A DNA stretch of 61,805 nucleotides from Minisyncoccia bacterium (GTDB taxonomy: Bacteria > Patescibacteriota > Minisyncoccia > Phycocordibacterales > UBA9973), in assembly GCA_049317285.1 (NCBI GenBank), contig JBMOIO010000001.1, positions 86,388 through 148,192 of the forward strand, read 5' to 3'. The position numbers were made by a program, and so were the translations under genes. The notes under the pieces were generated by a model. The model was not told the DNA's origin. It saw nothing but the letters and a program-made list of their open reading frames with translations, and searched no databases. Below, piece by piece: positions 55,263 to 61,805 of the stretch. The stretch's first letter is position 1. Each line of letters opens with the position of its first letter.

Positions 55263-55421
55263 AATAATTTTTGTCTGTCTTACTAAAAACCGCCCCGTGG
55301 GGCTGTATCCGTATACAATACCACAGAGAGTAAAAAGGTACAAGTTATACAGTTTATAAAGAAGAAAAGCCCCAAAAGGAGCCTTTCTTTATAACTTTAT
55401 AGACTTTATTACTTTATAAAC

Positions 55422-56213
55422 TTACCTGATTTCGTAAACGATAGTCACGGTTGAGCTAATGTCAGCAGTACCAACCGGGAGGGCGACATTCCCCGCTCCA
55501 TCTTGCGCCATAAGCTTTTCGGCATACATAGTAGGCATCGGCATTGTGCGCCCGCCAGATTCGTTAAATGAAACGATACGGACCAAATCTACACCCAAGT
55601 CGTCAGCGAGCTTCTTTGCCTGTTCTTTCGCATCCTTGATTGCATTTTCACGCGCTTCTCGTGCTACTTCCTTGTCGTCATCAAAGCCAAAGTTTGGACC
55701 CTGCATATCGGTCACGCCATTGTTCCCGAGGATACTGATAGTGTTTTCAACAAGCGCGAGGTCTTTGATTTTCACGGTCACCGATTGTGCAACTTCGTAC
55801 CCACGAAGCACTGGTTTTTGGTTTGAAGGGTAGGTGTACTGAGGATATGAAGTATAGCTTGCAGTACTGATAGCGTCTTCTTCAATGCCCGCCATTTCAA
55901 GGTCTGCGGTGATTTTTGTAATCTTTGCCGCAACTGCGTCTTGTGCCACATCCACCGAAGCACCTTCACTGCGGACCGTAAAGGTCATGCGGGCTGTGTC
56001 CGGTGCGCGCTCAATACGCCCCTCGCCTGTTACAGTGATAGTGTTCCCCGCCGGTGTCCCACTTCCGATATAGCGATACTCTTTGAGCTTTGCCGCTATT
56101 GCTATAAGTAAAAAGAGTGCGACTAATACTGCAATAATAGCGCTTACGCGAATAATGGTTTGTTTATTTTCTGTAATTAAATCACTCATAGGGTTAAGTA
56201 TATCACGGGCCAT
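55422..56213 (-). CDS. SIMPL-domain (DUF541) protein, membrane-anchored
   Basis: 263 aa: ITVTGEGRIERAPDTARMTFTV... VTIVYEI. Confidence 0.8.
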   Translation of the reverse strand: MARDILNPMSDLITENKQTIIRVSAIIAVLVALFLLIAIAAKLKEYRYIGSGTPAGNTITVTGEGRIERAPDTARMTFTVRSEGASVDVAQDAVAAKITKITADLEMAGIEEDAISTASYTSYPQYTYPSNQKPVLRGYEVAQSVTVKIKDLALVENTISILGNNGVTDMQGPNFGFDDDKEVAREARENAIKDAKEQAKKLADDLGVDLVRIVSFNESGGRTMPMPTMYAEKLMAQDGAGNVALPVGTADISSTVTIVYEIR

Positions 56214-56272
56214 ATCCTTACTGACGGATATGCACTCATTATACTAAGACGAGAAAAAAGGGGGTTTATTAC

Positions 56273-56767
56273 TTAGCAATTAATTGTTGTAGCGCCCCAC
56301 CACTCGATTCCTAACTGAAAACACCCCGCCGGAGAAGGCCCTACTTCATAATAAGCAGAGAAATTTCCCCCATCGTTCGCAGTGAGCGTGCTATAGCTTG
56401 AGCCTTCAAAGTGAACAGCGAGTCCATATTTTGCGCCTCCATTGGTGGAGCTGTAAAGATAGCCTCCATTTGTTCCGTCAGTCGGAAGTGCCGTAATATA
56501 CGGAGCGAGCATTGTGGCAAATGTTGTCAACCATAACACATCCCCACTACTTGTGTTGTTATAGGTAAGCAAAATAGGATAGTGGCCGTTGTCACTGTAA
56601 TACAACTCAACAGCGGTCTGGATTTCACGAAGTCCGGCAAGCCGTTTTGCGTCACGTGCTTTTACCCGAGCACTGTTGAGACTCGCCATCACCACTGATG
56701 CGAGAATGCCAATCACTGCGATGACAACAAGGAGTTCTATTAAAGTGAAACCCTTTTGTTTATTCAT
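56273..56767 (-). CDS. type IV pilin-like protein (prepilin N-terminal cleavage/methylation domain)
   Basis: MNKQKG|FTLIELLVVIAVIGILASVVMASLNSAR..., with a C-terminal Cys pair (..AGCFQLGIEWWGATTINC). Confidence 0.88.
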   Translation of the reverse strand: MNKQKGFTLIELLVVIAVIGILASVVMASLNSARVKARDAKRLAGLREIQTAVELYYSDNGHYPILLTYNNTSSGDVLWLTTFATMLAPYITALPTDGTNGGYLYSSTNGGAKYGLAVHFEGSSYSTLTANDGGNFSAYYEVGPSPAGCFQLGIEWWGATTINC

Positions 56768-56769
56768 AT

Positions 56770-57291
56770 TTAGCAATTGATTGTTGTGGCGCCCCACCAC
56801 TCCGTGCCGAGTCGCCCGCACCCCGCAGGTGCAGACCCTACTTCGTAATAGTACTGCCCATTATTGAAGCTTCCTCCATCATTAATGGACTTTGTGTAGT
56901 TTGCAGAACTTTCAACTTCTGTCATGAGACCATATTTTTGTCCTCCATTGGTTGAAGAGTACATATATGGCTTCCCTTCAGGATCTTGAGGCATCGGACT
57001 GATGTATGCCATCATTGCTGTTGTAAAGGCACCTGTCCAGTTCACATCCTGTGGGTCCGTACGTGCGGGATAAATATATGCAAGTAACTGAGGGTACGTT
57101 CCATAGTCATCATAGTACAATTCAAGTGCAAGAGAAATCTGGCGAAGGTCTGAAAACCGACGGGCATCCCGCGCCTTTCCTCGCGCACTATTTAAGCTCG
57201 CCATCACCACTGATGCGAGAATGCCAATCACTGCGATGACAACGAGAAGTTCAATAAGAGTGAATCCGGCTCGAGAACTCTTTCTATACAT
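56770..57291 (-). CDS. type IV pilin-like protein, tandem paralog
   Basis: MYRKSSRAG|FTLIELLVVIAVIGILASVVMASLNSAR..., ending ..AGCGRLGTEWWGATTINC. Confidence 0.88.
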   Translation of the reverse strand: MYRKSSRAGFTLIELLVVIAVIGILASVVMASLNSARGKARDARRFSDLRQISLALELYYDDYGTYPQLLAYIYPARTDPQDVNWTGAFTTAMMAYISPMPQDPEGKPYMYSSTNGGQKYGLMTEVESSANYTKSINDGGSFNNGQYYYEVGSAPAGCGRLGTEWWGATTINC

Positions 57292-57305
57292 ACAGATAGT
57301 ATAGC

Positions 57306-57986
57306 TTACTTTTTATTAAGGTGGTCTCCTACCAACTTGCCATCAGCGAGGCTGATGATGCGGTCAGTGAGCGCCGCATATTCCGGCTCGTGCGTCACCA
57401 TGATAATAGTCTGCCCCTCTCGATTAAGCTCCAAAAAGGTTTCAAGCACTGCGCGCGAGGTTTCAGTGTCGAGGTTCGCTGTTGGTTCGTCGGCAAACAA
57501 CACTTTTGGGCTGTGCCCTATCGCGCGCGCAATAGACACGCGCTGTTGCTGACCACCAGAGAGCTCAGCGGGTAAATTATTCATACGGTCACCTAAGCCG
57601 ACACGGATAAGTGCCTGCTCTGACTTTTTCCGTGCAGTTTCTTCAGAGTCGCCCTGCATCAACAAGGGCACCATGACATTTTCAATAGCGGTAAGCGATG
57701 GAAGGATAGCGTAGTCTTGGAAAATATATCCCAGGGCGTTGAGCCGCTGGCGGGTGCGGTCGCGCTCGTCCAGCCCGACTGACTCAACACCGTCGATAAA
57801 TATTTCTCCGCTCGTCGGAATATCCAAAAGACCCAACTGGTACAAAAGAGTACTTTTTCCTGAACCGCTTTTTCCGCTAATAGAAACGAATTGTCCGCTC
57901 GGCACAGTAAACGAAACATCCTCAACTGCATGTGTTTCCACTCCCCCGCTAATAAATGTTTTATATAAATGCTTTACTTCAATCAT
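57306..57986 (-). CDS. ABC transporter ATP-binding protein (MacB/LolD/FtsE-like)
   Basis: GKSGSGKSTLL (Walker A), LSGGQQQRVSIARA (signature) and VLFADEPT (Walker B). Confidence 0.93.
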   Translation of the reverse strand: MIEVKHLYKTFISGGVETHAVEDVSFTVPSGQFVSISGKSGSGKSTLLYQLGLLDIPTSGEIFIDGVESVGLDERDRTRQRLNALGYIFQDYAILPSLTAIENVMVPLLMQGDSEETARKKSEQALIRVGLGDRMNNLPAELSGGQQQRVSIARAIGHSPKVLFADEPTANLDTETSRAVLETFLELNREGQTIIMVTHEPEYAALTDRIISLADGKLVGDHLNKK

Positions 57987-58078
57987 AATTAGTTTATAAG
58001 GTTAAATGTTTATAAAGTTATAAAGAAGAGCGACAACTTTCCTTTATAACCTTACAAACTTGATGAACTTTCAACTTG

Positions 58079-59359
58079 TTATCTGCCGAGTATGGCAGAT
58101 AACGTATTTTGCTTAATAACAATGCGTGCAGGAATATATCCCGCGATAATCGTTGCAACCAAAAGAATCATCGTGCGAAGAAGGGTTCCAGGAATTGTTG
58201 CCACCAAGATACCGTCGGAAAACGGAAAGTCGATAGGGTTCGCAACAAAGAATGGCTTCAAAAGACCGAACACAACCGCAATGCCGATTGCAGAACCCAA
58301 GAGTGCATAAAAAATCGACTGAATAATGTACGAAACAGCGATTGCCCGTGGCGAAATGCCGATCCCCTTAAGGATACCGATAAATCGCCTTCGAGTGATG
58401 GCGTTAACAAAGATGACAATAAAGATTGTGATTGCTGCGACAACGAGCCCGATCGAGCTGATCGCATTTCCCAAAATGGCAAACGTTGTCTGGATATCTT
58501 TAAGGAATTTCGGCAATGCCTCTTCCTGAGTTTGCACTCGTGCATACTCGCCTATGCCGGCATCAAGGAGCATTGCCTTTGCGATATTCTGATCCACCCC
58601 GAGATCGAGTTGGATGGCTATTTGGTTTGCATTAAAGTCGCGCCTCCCCACAAGCGCTCGCGCTTCAGAGTCGACCATAATGACTGAACTGTCGAAAGTG
58701 TCTACCTTGCTTGAAATCACTCCTTTGACATAGTATTCCTTTGCTGTGTCACCTCCGACAGTAACCTTGATCTTCGAACCGATTGTCACATCTTTAAGGG
58801 TCTGAAACCCTGGCGATTCAACAGGAACATATTTATAGAGAAGATTTTTTCCCACTACAACACTATTAGTATCACTTGCTGTAATAAACGACCCTTCAAT
58901 AACAAATTTTTCAATGTCTGAGAAATTGCGCTCAACATTCGGATCAATCCCCAACAAGGAGGCCCCTGCACCATCGCGTGTTTCGCCAGGTTTTACTGTG
59001 CTTCGATAGTTACTCTCCACCCGCGCGCTCCCCGTATAGCGCACAGCAAGCGCATGAAAGCCGGGAATCGTTTTTACTGCAGCAACCACTTCAGGGGTGT
59101 GCTCGATATAGGATTTATTGAGAAAGGGTGAGATGAGAATATCACCGGAAGAATACTTGCGGTCCGCTTCGATCGACCCTTCGATCAGCCCCACTAAAAT
59201 ACCCCCAACAACCACAAGGTTAAGAAAAGTTAAAAGCATGACAAAGATAATTAGCCCCGTGGTCCATTTACTCGCACGCCTAAGCTCTCTGCGCGCGAGA
59301 AACATCCCGACGCGAATATCGGTTGCGAGTATGGTCCATGTTCCCTTATCTTTCTCCAT
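58079..59359 (-). CDS. ABC transporter permease, FtsX/MacB-type with a large extracytoplasmic domain
   Basis: 426 aa: TM1, then an ectodomain of about 230 aa, then three C-terminal TM helices (FtsX-like). Confidence 0.85.
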   Translation of the reverse strand: MEKDKGTWTILATDIRVGMFLARRELRRASKWTTGLIIFVMLLTFLNLVVVGGILVGLIEGSIEADRKYSSGDILISPFLNKSYIEHTPEVVAAVKTIPGFHALAVRYTGSARVESNYRSTVKPGETRDGAGASLLGIDPNVERNFSDIEKFVIEGSFITASDTNSVVVGKNLLYKYVPVESPGFQTLKDVTIGSKIKVTVGGDTAKEYYVKGVISSKVDTFDSSVIMVDSEARALVGRRDFNANQIAIQLDLGVDQNIAKAMLLDAGIGEYARVQTQEEALPKFLKDIQTTFAILGNAISSIGLVVAAITIFIVIFVNAITRRRFIGILKGIGISPRAIAVSYIIQSIFYALLGSAIGIAVVFGLLKPFFVANPIDFPFSDGILVATIPGTLLRTMILLVATIIAGYIPARIVIKQNTLSAILGR

Positions 59360-59371
59360 TGGTGAAATTGC

Positions 59372-60877
59372 TTATTCTTTTTGACCCCAAAGCACCTGTT
59401 GCTCTTCGGCAAGACCGCTCGTTACCTCAATAATATCACCGTCTCCGGTCAATCCAATCGTTATTGCACGCGCTTCAGTTTTATTTCGGCGGGCATCAAC
59501 AACAAGGTCAACAAAAGGTCCGTTGTCATTGTTATTCACTACACGACCATGGAGCGTCAAGACTCCTGTTGCGGAACCAGTAGTGATTATCATATCCGCT
59601 GTCATGCCTGGGCGGATTGATTCTGTGGCAAGCAAGAGCGCTTTCACTTTATAGTTGACGATACTGTCGGTTACTGTAGCCGCTGGGTCGACCGACGAAA
59701 TAGTCCCTCGGTATTGCACCTCTGGAAGCGCGTCAAACGTCACCGCGACATACTGCCCTACCGCAAGCTGTCCTACATAGCTTTCATTCACATTCGCCTC
59801 CAAGTACAAGTTTGAAATATCCTGCAAAACAATTGCAGTTGAAAAGGCTTCTGGTACTTCACCTACCTTTACATTGATTTGTGTAATAGTTCCGTCAGCT
59901 GGTGCACGAAGAATGGTTCTCTCGAGAGCTGCGTTTGCTGACTCAAGAGATGCCTGTGCAGTCACAATATCTGCAAGTGCGGCATCAACATCAGCTTGGC
60001 GCGCTGTTGCCCGCTTAAGGTTGAGCTCCGCTTCACGGGTAGCAACTAGTGCGTCTCGCGTTTCAAGTGCGGACTGATACGCATTGAGATTTGTTGCATA
60101 GCTTGCAATATTTTTGTTTGGGATAAGTATTTTCCATCGAGCATCCATAGGGTACTGCTCGGTATTGAGAGGAAAACTGATCAACAGTCCTTTTGTTCCG
60201 AGGGGGCGCGCAATATCGTCGACTTGCGCCTCTCCTTTTTCAATACCAGTAATAGAGAGTGTTGTTTTAGTGTTCTTCGTAAAGCTCAGTCGGTATTCTC
60301 CTTCAAGAGTCCCATTGTACACACCGGAAATACTTGGGTTATTCAAAATGGTTGAAGACTGCGGTTCTGCAACCAAGCCGTCAGAGAAAAGCTTTCGGCG
60401 AGCCTGTTCAACGAGTCCGTCTTGTACTTTTTTAGTCGTATCGAGATTGATCTGTGCCAGCGCGATTTCTTCATTTGACGAGCCGTCAAGGACTTTTTTA
60501 TATCGAGCCTGTGCAGCTAAGTATGTTCCGCGAGCGCTCGTGTAGGAAGCGCGTTCAGTTCCACTTTTGAGTGTCGCAAGAATGTCCCCTTTCTTCACAC
60601 TGTCGCCCACTCTCACTCGCACGGAGTCGACTACTTTGCTTTGCTCAAACGAAAGCGCAAGGTCGGTTGAAGAAACAACTGTACCGCTTGCAGAAACAGT
60701 ACGGACAACATCACCGCGCTTCACTGTTTCTATTGCAATAGTACTATCAGACCCCCCTAGGCGAAGGATGATAAAAAGAGCTACTACTACTCCTGCAATA
60801 ATCGTTCCTTTTACTCCTGTGCTTTTTGCACTCCACCAGTTTTTACTCTTTTGTGCGTAGTGTTGTATTTTTTCCAT
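59372..60877 (-). CDS. HlyD/MacA-family membrane-fusion (periplasmic adaptor) protein
   Basis: 501 aa with an N-terminal TM helix, a lipoyl-like block (VRVGDSVKKGDILATL), a long coiled-coil and a beta-barrel C-terminus. Confidence 0.85.
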   Translation of the reverse strand: MEKIQHYAQKSKNWWSAKSTGVKGTIIAGVVVALFIILRLGGSDSTIAIETVKRGDVVRTVSASGTVVSSTDLALSFEQSKVVDSVRVRVGDSVKKGDILATLKSGTERASYTSARGTYLAAQARYKKVLDGSSNEEIALAQINLDTTKKVQDGLVEQARRKLFSDGLVAEPQSSTILNNPSISGVYNGTLEGEYRLSFTKNTKTTLSITGIEKGEAQVDDIARPLGTKGLLISFPLNTEQYPMDARWKILIPNKNIASYATNLNAYQSALETRDALVATREAELNLKRATARQADVDAALADIVTAQASLESANAALERTILRAPADGTITQINVKVGEVPEAFSTAIVLQDISNLYLEANVNESYVGQLAVGQYVAVTFDALPEVQYRGTISSVDPAATVTDSIVNYKVKALLLATESIRPGMTADMIITTGSATGVLTLHGRVVNNNDNGPFVDLVVDARRNKTEARAITIGLTGDGDIIEVTSGLAEEQQVLWGQKE

Positions 60878-60889
60878 AGTATTCGAAAA

Positions 60890-61414
60890 TTATTTGATGC
60901 CCTCAAGCGTTACCTTGAATATGAGCGTTGCATTTTGCGGAATCACTGGCGGGTATCCCTGTGCTCCATAGCCAAGCTCGCTTGGGATAGTGAGTGTGCG
61001 CTCTTCACCGACCTTCATACCGAGAATTCCTTGGTCCCACCCTTTGATCACCTGCCCGGCCCCAAGCGTAAACTCAAATGGCGTACCTCCGCGCTTGGAT
61101 GTTGCGTCAAAGACACTTCCATCAGTCAGTGTGCCAGTGTACTGCATCACGGCGATTTGTCCGTTTACGATAGCTGTCCCCGAGCCCTCTTTTGTTGTTT
61201 CAATTGTCATGCCGTTTTTTGTTGTTATCTTATTATTACTAACTGGTGCCGTATCTGGCGTGTTTTGCGCAGTACTATTCGGAGACTCCGTTGGACCTGC
61301 AACTATTGGTGCTACCTTGGGCTCAATCACCGGCGTATTTGGTGCCCCCTTAAGCCATAGTGTTATACCCATAATCGCGCCCGCCAATACTATTCCTCCT
61401 ACAATATATTTCAT
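60890..61414 (-). CDS. FKBP-type peptidyl-prolyl cis-trans isomerase, membrane or signal anchored
   Basis: ...[62 protein letters not shown]. The start is the ATG at 61414. Confidence 0.9.
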   Translation of the reverse strand: MKYIVGGIVLAGAIMGITLWLKGAPNTPVIEPKVAPIVAGPTESPNSTAQNTPDTAPVSNNKITTKNGMTIETTKEGSGTAIVNGQIAVMQYTGTLTDGSVFDATSKRGGTPFEFTLGAGQVIKGWDQGILGMKVGEERTLTIPSELGYGAQGYPPVIPQNATLIFKVTLEGIK

Positions 61415-61491
61415 ACAGATGATACTATAGCATATATATAGACTGTTCCTGATATACACACTATATATAGTGTAGGATATCTTTTTATAAA

Positions 61492-61805
61492 TTATTCACT
61501 CTCTGGAGTAGGAGCTTCTGGTATTGGTTCCTCTGCTGGGGGTTCTTCTGCCGGAGGAGTTTCTTCTTCTGTTGGTTCTTCCGGTACAATATCCCCCCCC
61601 TCGTCCGGTGTTGGGTCTGGTGCAGGATCGCCACCCCCCGAACCACTATCGCCTCCTCCATTTATATTCGCATTATTCAACAATTGCTGCAGTTCACTTT
61701 CAGTCACACAGGTCTGCCCGACACAGAGTGTTTCGGTATTCACCCGCCCAATACTCGCAATCCCCTCTGCAATACCCTCAAGGAACTCTGCGACTTTTGC
61801 TGCCA
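61492..61805 (-). CDS. hypothetical protein with a Pro/Glu-rich C-terminal tail; N-terminus lies beyond the window end
   Basis: The frame is open to the window edge (…[42 protein letters not shown]…[20 protein letters not shown]…). Confidence 0.55.
   Translation of the reverse strand, partial: AAKVAEFLEGIAEGIASIGRVNTETLCVGQTCVTESELQQLLNNANINGGGDSGSGGGDPAPDPTPDEGGDIVPEEPTEEETPPAEEPPAEEPIPEAPTPESE

Overview
This 61.8 kb window is gene-dense and looks like a small-genome, CPR/Patescibacteria-like (Parcubacteria-type) bacterium. That placement is an inference from several features: an insertion-bearing 23S rRNA, a 23S-5S operon with no 16S, a secE-nusG-rplK cluster with no rplA, tandem type IV pilin-like genes, and many membrane-anchored orphan genes. 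The standard genetic code applies, because TGA terminates well-supported genes.

Main content, in order:
- A partial RodA/FtsW gene.
- A minus-strand 23S-5S rRNA operon with its own consensus promoter. Its 23S carries three insertions: group-I-intron-like elements at E. coli positions about 2593 and 1931, and an IVS-like expansion of helix 45.
- rplJ-rplL.
- A roughly 13.5 kb A+T-rich glycan-assembly island. It holds a priming phosphoglycosyl transferase, a Wzx flippase, GT2, GT11 and GT17-like glycosyltransferases, a DUF5672-like protein, three methyltransferases and two Wzy_C/O-antigen-ligase-like proteins, one of them fused to TPR repeats. It sits next to a very acidic, Thr/Ser-rich secreted protein with a peptidoglycan-binding domain.
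- Housekeeping genes: ftsK, recA, efp, rpsR-ssb-rpsF, tatD-like, metG, glyQS, recO, ileS, ndk, argS, folA, rplK, nusG and secE.
- Two tandem pilin genes, a MacAB/HlyD-like ABC efflux module and an FKBP isomerase.

Most notable observations:
1. The IleRS carries an in-frame histidine-phosphatase (PGAM-like) domain of about 195 aa, with intact catalytic motifs, inserted in its catalytic core.
2. A well-formed T-box riboswitch lies upstream of ileS, with an AUC (Ile) specifier in a very short Stem I and competing antiterminator and terminator structures.
3. Two ORF-less introns and one IVS-like insertion interrupt the 23S rRNA.
4. thyA is reduced to a remnant, with a nonsense codon at the conserved Trp followed by a deletion, next to an intact folA.
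5. The glycan island together with the TPR-Wzy_C protein and the acidic surface protein may form a protein O-glycosylation (S-layer-glycan-like) system.

No tRNA genes, CRISPR arrays or transposases were found.
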